A DNA stretch of 64,000 nt from an uncultured Acidimicrobiaceae bacterium (GCA_964387145.1 CAYLVM010000003.1:2407-66406); one strand, 5' to 3'; shown: positions 1 through 10,466, numbered from the stretch's first letter. Numbers and translations are program-made. Notes: generated from the sequence alone by a model not told the origin.

Positions 1-766
1 CGAGTCCCGTGCACAAGCCGGGGTGCTATCGATGTGCCAGCCCGAGGACCTCAGGCAAGGCGACCTGTGGTGGGTCGAGTCGCCGTCCAACCCGAAGTGT
101 CTCCTCACCGACCTGAGTGACGTGGCGAAGCGCGCAGAGGCCGGGGAAGTTGTGACCGTGTGCGATTCCACATTCGCCACGCCGGTCCTCACACAACCAC
201 TCGACCACGGCATCGACATCGTGATGCACTCGACGACCAAGTCCATCGCGGGCCACTCGGATGCGCTCGGCGGCGTGCTCGTGGCGCGACCTGCACGGCT
301 CGCTGATGATCTTCGTGCCATGCGGACCCTCACCGGAGCGGTCCCCGGCTCACTCGACGTGTGGCTTGCGTTGCGCGGGGTGCGAACGCTGAAACTTCGG
401 GTGCTTCAGGCTTGCGAGTCGGCCCTGTCGATCGCTCGCTGGTTCGACTCGAGGGGTGTACACACCTGGTATCCGGGCCTGCCCACGCACCCGGGCCACG
501 AGGTAGCGGCCGGGCAGATGTCGGCGTTCGGCTCGATGCTGTCGGTCGACTTGGGATCGGCATCCGTTGCGGGGCGGTTCGTTGCCGACCTCGGCGTCTT
601 CGAGAACGCGACGTCCCTCGGTGGCGTCGAATCGCTTGCCGAGCACCGCATCGTGAGCGATCCGACGACGGACGCGGGCCTCGTGCGCCTCTCGATCGGG
701 ATCGAGGATGTCGAGGACCTCATCGCCGACCTCGATCAGGCCCTGGAGCATCCCCACGAGTCGTAG
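1..766 (+). CDS. Cys/Met-metabolism PLP-dependent enzyme (cystathionine gamma-synthase/beta-lyase family); C-terminal part, N-terminus upstream of the window
   Basis: ORF 23..766 is open to the window edge; the HSTTKSIAGHSDALGGVL segment matches the HS(A/T)TK...GHSD PLP-lysine region of the CGS/CBL family. Confidence 0.8.
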   Translation, partial: ESRAQAGVLSMCQPEDLRQGDLWWVESPSNPKCLLTDLSDVAKRAEAGEVVTVCDSTFATPVLTQPLDHGIDIVMHSTTKSIAGHSDALGGVLVARPARLADDLRAMRTLTGAVPGSLDVWLALRGVRTLKLRVLQACESALSIARWFDSRGVHTWYPGLPTHPGHEVAAGQMSAFGSMLSVDLGSASVAGRFVADLGVFENATSLGGVESLAEHRIVSDPTTDAGLVRLSIGIEDVEDLIADLDQALEHPHES

Positions 767-1350
767 AAGACGACCGCGTCGCGATCCAGCCAACCACGTT
801 CGATGCTGCCCGAACGGCGGTCCGGCAGCGGATAGCCGACCGTGACGATCCCGGCGATCAGGATCTCGGGCGGGATGTCGAGTGTCGTATGCAGGTCGTC
901 GACGGCGTGTGCCCCGAGGAACCCCGCCCCGAGCCCCTCGTCGACCGCAGCGAGCAGTATCGCCATCAGCGACGCTCCGGCATCGACCCACCAGTAGGGG
1001 ACCGTCCAGTCCTCCTCAGTCGATGCCCGGCCTCGGGCGGCTGCCTTGTCTGGCTCTGAGTAGCGTTGCAGGTAGGCGTCCCGATCGACGCAGAGCACGA
1101 TGTGTGCGGGTGCGCGAGATATCCACGGATCGAAGCCCCGCTCCACGTACTCGTGTTCGCCGCACGCCTCGGCGACGGCGATGCGCTGGGCTGTGTCTGT
1201 GACGACGACGAGTCGTTGACCCTGGGAGAACCCGGCGGAGGGTGCACGGAGACCGGCGTCGACGATCCGATCGAGGACATCGCTTGGGACGGCTTTGTCG
1301 CTGTAGTTGCGGACCATTCGGCGCTTCGCGAGGACCTCGCGTAGCTCCAT
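736..1350 (-). CDS. nitroreductase family protein
   Basis: ORF 736..1401; the likely start is the internal ATG giving MELREVLAKRRMVRNYSD, the typical nitroreductase N-terminus; its 3' end overlaps the convergent PLP-enzyme gene by 31 nt. Confidence 0.7.
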   Translation of the reverse strand: MELREVLAKRRMVRNYSDKAVPSDVLDRIVDAGLRAPSAGFSQGQRLVVVTDTAQRIAVAEACGEHEYVERGFDPWISRAPAHIVLCVDRDAYLQRYSEPDKAAARGRASTEEDWTVPYWWVDAGASLMAILLAAVDEGLGAGFLGAHAVDDLHTTLDIPPEILIAGIVTVGYPLPDRRSGSIERGWLDRDAVVFYDSWGCSRA

Positions 1351-1351
1351 C

Positions 1352-2758
1352 TCAGAGGTTGCCGAGTGCTGCCAGCGTATCCTCGAGCGCAGCCTTGGCA
1401 TCGGAGAAGAACATCATCGTCCCGTCCTCGTAGAAGAGGGGGTTGTCGATACCGGCGAAGCCGGGGGAGAGGCTCCTCTTGACGACGATGACCGTCCGTG
1501 CCTCATCCACGTTGAGGATCGGCATTCCGTATATCGGGCTGTCCGGGTCGTTCTTCGCTGCAGGGTTGATGACGTCGTTGGCGCCGATGACGAGGACGAC
1601 GTCGGTCTGGCCGAACTTCGGGTTCGACTGGTCGAGATCCAGGAGAAGGTCGTAGGAGATATCGGCCTCGGCAAGGAGAACGTTCATGTGTCCCGGCATG
1701 CGACCGGCGACGGGGTGAATCGCGTAGTGGACCTCGATGTCGCGTTCTTCGAGTGCAGCGGCGAGATCGCGAACGGCGTGTTGAGCCTGGGCTACGGCGA
1801 GACCGTACCCGGGAACGACCATCACTGACTGCGCGTAGGCAAGGGCGATGGCTGCATCGTCTGGTGTTGCCCGCTTCACGGGTTTCGTGCCGATCTCGTC
1901 GGCGCCTGCAACGGTGCCCCCGAACCCTGAGAACAAGATGTTGGGGATGGACCGGTTCATGGCCACCGACATGTCGAGTGTCAGGATCAACCCTGCTGCA
2001 CCGACCAGGGCACCACCGATGATGAGTGCCTGGTTCCCGATCGTGAAACCGGCCATCGCTGCTGCGAGACCGGAGAACGAGTTGAGGAGAGAGATGACGA
2101 CGGGCATGTCCGCGCCGCCGATAGGGAGCACAGCGGTGACACCGAGTATGAGTGCGAGGGCGGTTGCCACCCAGTAGCCGGCAACGTTTCCGGTCGCGAT
2201 GGACAAGACGCTTGCAGCGAGGGCGGCAGCTGCAATGATCGCGTTCGTCGCGGGACCACCCGGGATTGCGATGGGCTTGCCGCCGATCAGGCCCTGGAGC
2301 TTGGCGTAGGCGATGAACGATCCCGTCAGGGTGATCGCTCCGATGATGAGCGACAGTGCTGTTGTGACTCCGATCTCGGCGGAGAACGTCTCTGTAGATG
2401 AGACGATGACCTCGGCTGCCACGAGAGCGGACGCTCCACCGCCGAAGCCGTTGAAGGCGGCGACGAGCTGTGGCATGTCCGTCATCTGGACGCGAATGGC
2501 GAGGAAGGCACCGATCGCGCCACCCACGATCATGCCGGCAACGACGATGCCCCAGGCCGTTGCGGCACTGACCACGTCGTGGGCGACCAGGTCGAAGATG
2601 ACGACGAGGATGGCGACGAGCATGCCGACGGCTGCGATGCGGTTGCCTCTCCGTGCAGTCTTGGGAGAGGTGAGGCCCTTGAGGCCGATGATGAAGATGA
2701 CGCCTGCTGCGAGGTACGCGAGAGCGATGACGATCTCGGCGAAGGAGAGTTCGTTCAT
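1352..2758 (-). CDS. pntB: NAD(P) transhydrogenase subunit beta
   Basis: 468 aa polytopic membrane N-terminus plus C-terminal NADP(H) domain; sits immediately downstream of the pntA genes with a 4-nt overlap. Confidence 0.9.
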   Translation of the reverse strand: MNELSFAEIVIALAYLAAGVIFIIGLKGLTSPKTARRGNRIAAVGMLVAILVVIFDLVAHDVVSAATAWGIVVAGMIVGGAIGAFLAIRVQMTDMPQLVAAFNGFGGGASALVAAEVIVSSTETFSAEIGVTTALSLIIGAITLTGSFIAYAKLQGLIGGKPIAIPGGPATNAIIAAAALAASVLSIATGNVAGYWVATALALILGVTAVLPIGGADMPVVISLLNSFSGLAAAMAGFTIGNQALIIGGALVGAAGLILTLDMSVAMNRSIPNILFSGFGGTVAGADEIGTKPVKRATPDDAAIALAYAQSVMVVPGYGLAVAQAQHAVRDLAAALEERDIEVHYAIHPVAGRMPGHMNVLLAEADISYDLLLDLDQSNPKFGQTDVVLVIGANDVINPAAKNDPDSPIYGMPILNVDEARTVIVVKRSLSPGFAGIDNPLFYEDGTMMFFSDAKAALEDTLAALGNL

Positions 2759-3051
2759 CGGCTCTTACCAGGGATCTTCTTGAACATCTCGAGCATGCGG
2801 TCGGTGACGAGGAAACCGCCAACGACGTTGATCATGGCGAACACCACGGCGAGGAAGCCAAGGACGCCGGCGATGACTCCGTTCCCGGTGGCTGCTGCGA
2901 TGATCGCACCGACGATGGTGATTCCCGAGATGGCGTTGGCTCCCGACATCAGCGGCGTGTGAAGTGTTGGAGGGACGCGTCTGATCACCTCGAACCCGAC
3001 GAAGGATGCGAGGACGAACACGACGATCCCCTGGATGAACGCTGCGCTCAT
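2755..3051 (-). CDS. pntAB: NAD(P) transhydrogenase subunit alpha part 2 (membrane)
   Basis: 98 aa with three TM helices in the PntA-II pattern; overlaps pntAA and pntB by 4 nt each. Confidence 0.85.
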   Translation of the reverse strand: MSAAFIQGIVVFVLASFVGFEVIRRVPPTLHTPLMSGANAISGITIVGAIIAAATGNGVIAGVLGFLAVVFAMINVVGGFLVTDRMLEMFKKIPGKSR

Positions 3052-4148
3052 TCGCTGGCTCCTCGCGAGTCGGGTCGTGCTGCGATCGCCGGACCCACTA
3101 CGGGATCTTCAGGGTCGATGGTGAGCACGCCGTCGACGACCATGCGTTGGGCCATCTCGAGAAGGTTGCGTGCGTACATGCGGCTTGCATCGGCTGCGAC
3201 ACGTGACGGGAGGTCCGTTGGACCGAAGACTCGGACACCGTTGATGTCGACCTCGGTGTCCGGCTCGGAGCCCTCGACGTTGCCGCCCGAGGCTGCTGCC
3301 ATGTCGATGATCACCGAACCCGGCTTCATCCGTTCGACGACGGCGCGTTCGACGAGTCTGGGGGCCTGACGTCCCGGTACCTGTGCGGTCGTGATGACAA
3401 GATCGCTCTCTGCAACAGCGGATGCGAGGATCTCGCGTTGTGCTGCAGCGGTCTCTTCGTCGACGGCTCGGGCGTAGCCGCCTTCGTCCATCTCCTGGGT
3501 CGGGGCGTCGACGAACTTGGCGCCGAGGCTCTCGACCTGCTCCCTCGTCTCGGGGCGGATGTCGTAGGCGTTGACGATGGCACCGAGCCTGCGGGAAGTC
3601 GCAATCGCCTGGAGTCCGGCAACGCCGACGCCGAGAATCAGGATGCGACCGGGGGGGATCGTGCCTGCTGCGGTGACGAGCATCGGGAGGAACTTCGGGA
3701 GGCGGGTCGCTCCGAAGAGCACGGCGGCGTAGCCTGCTGCGGTCGCCTGTGAGGAGAGTGCATCCATGGATTGTGCGAGCGTGGTTCTCGGTACGAGCTC
3801 CATCGCGATCGAGGTGATTCCCCGCTCGGCGAACGAAGCGAGTTGATCGGCGTTGGCCGACGGGTCGAGGAGCCCCATGACCACACCGGTGCCGCCGAGC
3901 ACCTGCGTGTCGTCGGGTTCGACGGATCCCACGGTCAAGAGCAAGTCGATGGGTGCGGCGTCGGCGAGCGTCGTAACGATCGTTGCACCTGCGTCGGCGA
4001 AGTCTTGATCGGTGATGCTCGACAGGCTTCCGGCGCCAGACTCGACGATGACCTCGAAACCGAGGTCGATGAGTGAGGAAACGGACGCAGGTGTCCCAGC
4101 AACCCGAGCTTCGGTGGTTGATGGTTCTTTTCGAATCCCTAGTCGCAT
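3048..4148 (-). CDS. pntAA: NAD(P) transhydrogenase subunit alpha part 1 (alanine-dehydrogenase-like dI domain)
   Basis: ORF 3048..4391; the real start is the internal ATG at 4148 (MRLGIRKE...); Rossmann motif LGVGVAGLQAI. Confidence 0.85.
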   Translation of the reverse strand: MRLGIRKEPSTTEARVAGTPASVSSLIDLGFEVIVESGAGSLSSITDQDFADAGATIVTTLADAAPIDLLLTVGSVEPDDTQVLGGTGVVMGLLDPSANADQLASFAERGITSIAMELVPRTTLAQSMDALSSQATAAGYAAVLFGATRLPKFLPMLVTAAGTIPPGRILILGVGVAGLQAIATSRRLGAIVNAYDIRPETREQVESLGAKFVDAPTQEMDEGGYARAVDEETAAAQREILASAVAESDLVITTAQVPGRQAPRLVERAVVERMKPGSVIIDMAAASGGNVEGSEPDTEVDINGVRVFGPTDLPSRVAADASRMYARNLLEMAQRMVVDGVLTIDPEDPVVGPAIAARPDSRGASE

Positions 4149-4363
4149 GGTGCAGGATGCTAGGGGAACGAAGCGACCAATCAGCTCTCTATCTTGCACA
4201 CATCGGGCGTGATGGCAGAGGCCTCTCGAGACGGTCGGGACCCGGTCGTGGTGACAAGGGAACGGTGGACCCGACAGCGGTTGGAGGATGTCGGCGAGTC
4301 GGTGTCGGTTCTGTTCTCTCACCGAAAGATCGCAGCACCTCGACCTCTTGGTAGGGTTGCTCG

Positions 4364-5695
4364 ATGTCCCCCGATGCACAGGTCTCAGCAACCGACCGCA
4401 CTCCGATGACGGTCACGCGTGCCGTGTCCCTCGGTATCGGTTCGATGGTCGGCGCAGGGATCTTCGCTCTCCTCGGAGAGGTCGGGGCGGTCGCAGGCTC
4501 GGCGGTGTGGCTCGCCTTTGCAGGAGGTGGCATCGTGGCGCTCCTCAACGGGTACTCCTACGGCCGACTCGGAGCACGGTACCCATCTGCGGGTGGCCCT
4601 GTCGACTATCTGACGCGTGGATACGGTGTGGGCGTCTTTGCAGGTGGACTGTCCATCTTCTACTACGCGGCAGGTGTCATCGGCATGGCCATGGTCGCCA
4701 GAACATTCGGCTCGTACGGTGCGGCACTGATCGTCCCGGGCGGATCGTCGACGCTCGTGGCTTCGAGTCTCGCTGCCGTGATCATCGTCGTGCTCACGCT
4801 GCTGAACGCTGCCGGGTCGGCATCAGTCGGGAAGGCCGAGGTCGTGGTCGTAGCGATCAAGCTCTCGATACTCGCCATCTTCGTCGTCGGTGGTGCCTTC
4901 GGAATCAACAAGGTTCTGCTGTCCGGCGAGTTCCTGGTGTCGTCCCCGCTGTCGATGATGGCCGCAGTCGGATTCGCCTTCTTCGCCTACACGGGGTTCG
5001 GGGTCATCACGAACGCTGCCGGTGAGATGGCCCATCCCGAGCGCGAGCTTCCGCGTGCTCTCATGATCGCGATCGGCGTGGTCGTCGTCCTGTACATTTC
5101 GATAGCGCTCGTCGCGTACGGGAGCCTCCCCGTCGCCGAGATCATCAAAGACAAAGAGACCGCTCTTGCAGTGGCCGCAGAGCCCTTCTTCGGTCGGACC
5201 GGGTTCACGATCATGGCGGTCGCAGCGATGCTGTCCACTGCCTCGGCCATCAACGCAGCCCTGTATGGGTCGACGAACGTCACGTACGTGCTCGCCAAGG
5301 AAGGCGAGCTCCCCGAAGGCTTCGATCGCCGGTCCTGGCATCACGCACCGGAAGGACTCTTCATCACAGCAGCGATGGTTCTGGTGCTCGCCACCATCCT
5401 CGATCTTTCCCAGGTGGCGTCTCTCGGTGGCCTCGCCGCGCTCCTCGTGTACGTCGCCGTCGGTGCGGCTCACCTGCGTCTTCGAGGCAAGACGGGCGCA
5501 CACACCTCGATTCTCGTGGTGACCATCGTTGCAACCGCAGGTGTCGCGGTCGCGTTCATCGTGCGGATGGTGACCGACCAACCCATCGTCCTGGTTTTCG
5601 GCGTTCTCGTACTTGGCGCCTCGTTCGGTGGGGAGTGGCTGCTTCGTAAGCGTCTCGGGCGTGTCATCGGCCCCGACCGTTCGATCCTCGACTGA
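4364..5695 (+). CDS. APC-family amino acid permease
   Basis: 443 aa with 12 predicted TM segments and APC-type motifs (SLGIGSMVGAGIF). Confidence 0.8.
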   Translation: MSPDAQVSATDRTPMTVTRAVSLGIGSMVGAGIFALLGEVGAVAGSAVWLAFAGGGIVALLNGYSYGRLGARYPSAGGPVDYLTRGYGVGVFAGGLSIFYYAAGVIGMAMVARTFGSYGAALIVPGGSSTLVASSLAAVIIVVLTLLNAAGSASVGKAEVVVVAIKLSILAIFVVGGAFGINKVLLSGEFLVSSPLSMMAAVGFAFFAYTGFGVITNAAGEMAHPERELPRALMIAIGVVVVLYISIALVAYGSLPVAEIIKDKETALAVAAEPFFGRTGFTIMAVAAMLSTASAINAALYGSTNVTYVLAKEGELPEGFDRRSWHHAPEGLFITAAMVLVLATILDLSQVASLGGLAALLVYVAVGAAHLRLRGKTGAHTSILVVTIVATAGVAVAFIVRMVTDQPIVLVFGVLVLGASFGGEWLLRKRLGRVIGPDRSILD

Positions 5696-5809
5696 TCGGC
5701 TACGGGCATCGAGGTGCCGATACCCCTGTGGGAGACTCGGGAATCCTCACCTTCGAGATCAGTCCATGTCCACGGTGTTTCTGTCATAGGCCGCTGATAC
5801 GTTGGAGGC

Positions 5810-6962
5810 ATGTTCAGAGAAGACCTCTCCATCAGCGAGTTCGAAGCCGAGTTGGCGGACCGTGAGTCCAGGATCGCACTGCTGCGAGCCGAGCAGGTCG
5901 TGTTGGTGCAGCGTGCAGAGTGGGCTCAGGCGACCCAGTCGGACGATTCCCGCTCGATGGAGGAGTGGGTGCAGGCCCGTCTCGACGTTCGGTCCGACGT
6001 AGCGAGAGACCTCGTTCTCGCATCCCGTCGTATCGCTCACCACCGCCCTATCTCGCATCGGTTGGCCGACGGTCGGATCTCGTTCGATCGGGGCGATCGC
6101 GACGCTGAGGTACGCAGAGGCGGGAGCGACGCCCGACCAGGTCGAGGAGAGTTTCGATCGAGATCTCGCGGGGCTGTCCCGGTTGAAGGCGAGGCAGCGA
6201 CGCATGACGGCCGGCGACGAACGTTCACTGTTCACCGACCGTTACTTCGTCGTCCAACCATCCCTCGACGAGTCGACCTATCGCATGTGGGGGCAGCTCC
6301 CCGGTGTCATGGGCCACACCGTGGAGAAGGCCATCACCCAACGCGCCGATGAGCTCCGCTCGATCGCAGAATCGACGGGAATCTCCTCGACCCGAGGCCA
6401 ACGCCAGGCCGACTCCCTCGTGGCGATCGCCCAGGATGCGCTCGACTCCGAGTACGACACCGGGGCCGCTCCATCCCGCACCATGGCGCCCTCCGGGAAC
6501 GTCACGGTGTTCGTCGACGCGAGCGGTACCGATGCATCCGAGACCGGTGCCGAGATCATGTACGGTCCTCGTGTCGGCCCGAACACCCTCGAAGCCATGC
6601 TCTGTGGCGGCGCAGCCGTCAACGTGGTCGGCCTCCTAGACGGTGTCCCGGTTGTGACCAGTCGAGCATCGAGAGCGATTCCACCGGCGATCCGTCAAAG
6701 AGTTGCGCAGCGGGACGGTGGTTGCACCATCGATGGATGCACCTCACGGCACCGGCTCCAGCCGCACCACATCATCCGGGTCGCCGACGGTGGCACGAAC
6801 AACATCGAAAATCTCACAACGCTGTGTTGGTACCACCATCACGTCGCCATCCACGGATCCGGGTATCGCATCGATCCCGATTCGCCTTCCCACCGCAGGC
6901 GCCTCTCGCGCTGTCCCACCGGGAACCGGGGGCCGCCGCCAGGGAGTCCCGATCCCGGCTGA
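5810..6962 (+). pseudogene. DUF222/HNH endonuclease (REP13E12-like), disrupted by a frameshift near 6085-6095
   Basis: ORF 5810..6352 (frame 2) carries the DUF222 N-terminal region; ORF 6183..6962 (frame 0) carries the C-terminal HNH domain (HHIIRVADGGTNNIENLTTLCWYHHHVAIH); frame 0 stays protein-like back to ~6093, where frame 2 stops being protein-like. Confidence 0.6.
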
Positions 6963-7028
6963 TCGGCCGGGACCACGTACCGACCGCGCCCCCGCATCCG
7001 CTGAGACCGCGCTTCCCCTCGAATCAGA

Positions 7029-7889
7029 TCACGAAACCGCCATCAACCGGTGATAGGCGTTTGTGATCGCGCTCTGCGTGTCTTGACCGAGGTGGGGGAG
7101 TGGAGCTCGTCCCGGTCCCGGGCGTAGGCCTGCAACCGAAGCGGCGAACTTCGTTCCCGGAACTCCGTACTGCTCGACGACCGACGTGACGTCGAGCAGG
7201 GTTGCCTGGGCAGCTCGATCCCCGGACGCGGCCGCAGCGACGGTGGAGTACGCGTAGTTGGCACTCGCGGTGATCGCTCCGTGAGCACCCCGATCGAAGC
7301 TGTCGGCGAGAGCACGGGAGGCACCGGCGTAAACGACAAAGTCATCGCTGAGTATCGCCGCGATGTCATCGAGGCGGCTCACGTCGCCACCGCTGTCCTT
7401 CATCCCCGCGACGTTGGGATGTCCCGCAAGCTCGGCGACCGATGCACACGGGAGCTCGTACCCCGTGACACCGGGGACCGTATAGAGGAATACGGGAACC
7501 GGAGATGTGTCGGCGACCCACTCGAAGTAATCGACGATCCACTCGCGACGGTTACGGACGAGTGTCGTCGGTGTGACGACGAGGACGGCGTCGGCGCCCC
7601 CATCGGTGGCCTCACAGATCTGGGTGTGGGCCTGGCGGGTGGACTCGGCGAAGATTCCACACAGGATCGTCAGATCGGGGAAGGCCTCGTGTGCGGCGGC
7701 GACAAGGATCGTGCGTTCGCCTGCCTCGAGATACGGTCCCTCTCCGGTGGACCCGCCGATGAGGATCCCCTTGGCTCCGGACTCGACCGCCGCGGCGACG
7801 TTGTGGATGTGACCGTCGCGGTGGATGTTGCCGTCCGGGTCGAGTGCTGTGACGAGGGCGGGCATCGCCCGGGGCCATGATTCGGTCAT
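7029..7889 (-). CDS. dihydrodipicolinate synthase family lyase (DapA/NAL family)
   Basis: GSTGEG motif and the MKDSGGD Schiff-base lysine region; start taken at MTESW, where the ATG overlaps the gnd stop as ATGA. Confidence 0.7.
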   Translation of the reverse strand: MTESWPRAMPALVTALDPDGNIHRDGHIHNVAAAVESGAKGILIGGSTGEGPYLEAGERTILVAAAHEAFPDLTILCGIFAESTRQAHTQICEATDGGADAVLVVTPTTLVRNRREWIVDYFEWVADTSPVPVFLYTVPGVTGYELPCASVAELAGHPNVAGMKDSGGDVSRLDDIAAILSDDFVVYAGASRALADSFDRGAHGAITASANYAYSTVAAAASGDRAAQATLLDVTSVVEQYGVPGTKFAASVAGLRPGPGRAPLPHLGQDTQSAITNAYHRLMAVS

Positions 7890-9313
7890 ACGTCGTACCT
7901 TCCTGAGGTCACGGTGCCTCCGCGGCCAGTCCAATCAGTGTGGAACCACTCACCGCGTGGTCTGTCCACTCGCTCGTAGGTGTGTGCACCAAAGTAGTCG
8001 CGCTGTGCCTGGATGAGGTTCGCCGGTAGCCGACGAGATCGGTACGCGTCGAAGAAGGCGAGCGCCGATCCATACGCCGGTGTCGGGATCCCAGCGGTTG
8101 CCGCCCTGGCCACGGTTCGGCGCCATCCCGGGAGGGCTGCAGTGATCTCGCCCGAGAAGTGATCGTCGAGGAGGAGGTTCACGGGAGCATCGTGTGCCTC
8201 CCTGTACGCAGCGGTGATGTCGTCGAGGAATCGTGAGCGGATGATGCAACCTGCCCGCCACAGCCCTGCGATCGTCCCGATATCGAGGCCCCAGTCGTAT
8301 GCGTCACTCGCGACATCGAGAAGCATGAACCCTTGTGCGTACGAGACGATCTTGGATGCATAGAGGGCGTCTTGGAGATCCGAGATGGCTTCCTCGTCGG
8401 CGAATGGAGCCGGATCGATGGGGTCGTCGAATCGCTGCCTGGCGACGAGCCGCTCATCGATGAGGGAGGAGAGGAAGCGGGCGTAGACGGCCTCGCCGAC
8501 GAGGGTGACGGGCACGCCGTGGTCCATCGACGAGTTCACCGCCCACTTACCCGTGCCTTTCTGACCCGCCGAGTCGAGGATGACGTCGAGTGTCGATCCG
8601 TCGGCGTCGTCGTGCCCAAGGATGTCCGCGGTGATCTCAATCAGGTAGGAGCCGAGTTTGCCTTCGTTCCATGCGTGGAAGTGCCGCCGCATCTCTCCCG
8701 GGCTGAGGGTGAGGCCTCTGCGCATGATGTCGTACGCCTCGGCGATCACCTGCATGTCGCCGTACTCGATTCCGTTGTGGACCATCTTGACGTAGTGCCC
8801 GGATCCACCCGGACCGATCCACGCTGCCATGGATTCGCCATCCTTGTCCGCTGCGATCGCCGTGAGCGTGTCCCCGATGATCGGCCAAGCGTCGGGGTTG
8901 CCACCGGGCATTATCGACGGCCCGAACCTCGCTCCGTCCTCACCCCCGGAGATGCCTGCACCGACAAAGGAGATCTGCTGCGTCTCGAGTTCTCTACAGC
9001 GGCGTTCCGTGTCCGAGTGCAGGGAGTTCCCTCCATCGATGATGACATCCCCCGGATCGAGCAGCGGGACGAGTGCAGTGATCTGATCGTCGACGGGTTC
9101 GCCTGCCTTGATCATGAGGAGGATCGAACGAGGGCGTTCGAGCGATGCGACGAAGGACTCGAGGTCGTAGAACGGAAGCAGCGGCCGGCCGCTAGCTTCA
9201 CCTTCGGCGAACGAACGTGTGCGCTGGGCTGTGCGATTGAACACGGCGACCGTTCGTCCGTGGTCCATGAGGTTGAGAACCAGGTTGCGGCCCATCACAG
9301 CAAGCCCGATCAC
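7886..9313 (-). CDS. gnd: 6-phosphogluconate dehydrogenase (decarboxylating)
   Basis: Full-length Gnd homology (IGLAVMGRNLVLN, GPGGSGHYVKMVHNGIEYGDMQ); the annotated start is GTG at 9313, but the expected N-terminus lies about 8 codons upstream where only an in-frame ATC follows a GGAGG. Confidence 0.9.
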   Translation of the reverse strand: MIGLAVMGRNLVLNLMDHGRTVAVFNRTAQRTRSFAEGEASGRPLLPFYDLESFVASLERPRSILLMIKAGEPVDDQITALVPLLDPGDVIIDGGNSLHSDTERRCRELETQQISFVGAGISGGEDGARFGPSIMPGGNPDAWPIIGDTLTAIAADKDGESMAAWIGPGGSGHYVKMVHNGIEYGDMQVIAEAYDIMRRGLTLSPGEMRRHFHAWNEGKLGSYLIEITADILGHDDADGSTLDVILDSAGQKGTGKWAVNSSMDHGVPVTLVGEAVYARFLSSLIDERLVARQRFDDPIDPAPFADEEAISDLQDALYASKIVSYAQGFMLLDVASDAYDWGLDIGTIAGLWRAGCIIRSRFLDDITAAYREAHDAPVNLLLDDHFSGEITAALPGWRRTVARAATAGIPTPAYGSALAFFDAYRSRRLPANLIQAQRDYFGAHTYERVDRPRGEWFHTDWTGRGGTVTSGRYDV

Positions 9314-9387
9314 GCCGAAGTCGGCTCGCGAACCGATGGTGTACCTCCAGGTGTGCGCCTATCGACCAGCGTACTTGTGAGCCGGGT

Positions 9388-10464
9388 TCACGACATCGGC
9401 CGATCGAGTGCCTCGACCACGGCGGTTCCCATCTCGACGGTTGACACGACAGGCCCTCCAGCAGCGATGTCGGGGGTGCGTAACCCTGCGTCGAGAACGG
9501 CGTCGACCGCCCGACGAATACGTGTCGCCTCATCGTCGAGATCGAGCGAGTGTTCCAGCGCCATTGCAGCAGCGAGGATCATCGCAAGAGGGTTCGCGGT
9601 CCCGGTTCCCGCGATGTCGGGTGCCGAGCCGTGGATCGGCTCGAACAGTCCGGGGCCAGATGCGCCCAACGATGCAGAAGCGAGCATGCCCATCGACCCG
9701 GGGAGCATCGATGCCTCGTCGGTGAGGATGTCTCCAAAGAGGTTGCCGGTGACGACGACGTCGAAGTCTCGTGGGCGTGAGAGAAGGTGCATCGCCATGG
9801 CGTCGACGAGGACGGTCTCGTAGTCGACGTCGGGGAACTCGTTGGTCATGACACGGTCGGTGACCGATCTCCACAGGCGCGAAACTGCAAGCACGTTCGC
9901 CTTGTCGACCGAGGTGAGTTTCCCCCGTCGGTGCCGTGCAGCTTCTGCCGCGAGTCTGACGATTCGCTCGATCTCATGCACCGAGTAGCGCATGTGATCC
10001 TCGACGGTTGCTCCATCGTCCGACGTCGTCGACCCACCGAAGTAGATCCCGCCCGTCAATTCGCGGAAGAACAGGATGTCGACATCCTCGACGATCTCGC
10101 GCTTGAGCGGGGAGGCATCCGCGAGCTGCGGTTGCGTCCGAACGGGACGCACGTTCGCGAAGAGGCCGAGTTCGCTGCGAATCGAGAGAAGCCCATCCTC
10201 GGGCCGAGACGAAGCGAGCGGATCGCTCCACCGGGGCCCGCCGACTGCGCCGAGCAAGATGGCATTGGCACTGCGTGCTCCTTCGAGGGTCGCCTCGGGC
10301 AACGCCACGCCGTGGTCGTCGATGGCGCAGCCACCGATCGCGTACTCGGTGAACGAGAACGTGTGACCGGCGAGCCCGGCGACAGTCTCGAGCACTCGCC
10401 GGGCTTCAGCGATGACCTCAGGGCCGATCCCGTCTCCGGGGAGAAGCGCAAATCGTGCTTCCAT
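9388..10464 (-). CDS. leuB: 3-isopropylmalate dehydrogenase
   Basis: 358 aa; [12 protein letters not shown]-terminus and the isocitrate/IPM dehydrogenase family signature. Confidence 0.9.
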   Translation of the reverse strand: MEARFALLPGDGIGPEVIAEARRVLETVAGLAGHTFSFTEYAIGGCAIDDHGVALPEATLEGARSANAILLGAVGGPRWSDPLASSRPEDGLLSIRSELGLFANVRPVRTQPQLADASPLKREIVEDVDILFFRELTGGIYFGGSTTSDDGATVEDHMRYSVHEIERIVRLAAEAARHRRGKLTSVDKANVLAVSRLWRSVTDRVMTNEFPDVDYETVLVDAMAMHLLSRPRDFDVVVTGNLFGDILTDEASMLPGSMGMLASASLGASGPGLFEPIHGSAPDIAGTGTANPLAMILAAAMALEHSLDLDDEATRIRRAVDAVLDAGLRTPDIAAGGPVVSTVEMGTAVVEALDRPMS

Positions 10465-10466
10465 GT

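Noticed and set aside
1503-2822. Long antisense ORFs opposite well-supported genes, e.g. 1503..2822(-), 8333..9823(+), 14144..15508(+), 15495..16439(-), 17237..18160(-), 26468..27478(+), 28726..29889(-), 30871..31800(-), 32751..33554(+)
   Set aside because: These are Arg/Pro/Gly/Ser-rich translations typical of shadow frames in high-GC DNA. Each overlaps a gene with a strong family signature on the other strand or frame, and none has a recognisable motif.
4125-4145. TTCGAATCC (tRNA T-arm-like) string at 4131..4139
   Set aside because: It lies inside the pntAA coding region, and the surrounding sequence cannot form a cloverleaf (no acceptor or anticodon stems); chance match.
4149-4363. Possible glycine/amino-acid riboswitch upstream of the APC permease (CTCTCACCGAAAG resembles part of a glycine aptamer)
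   Set aside because: Only one short segment resembles the consensus. The paired GGAGAG/ACCGAAGG...CTCTCAGG elements and the second aptamer are absent; cannot be supported by eye.
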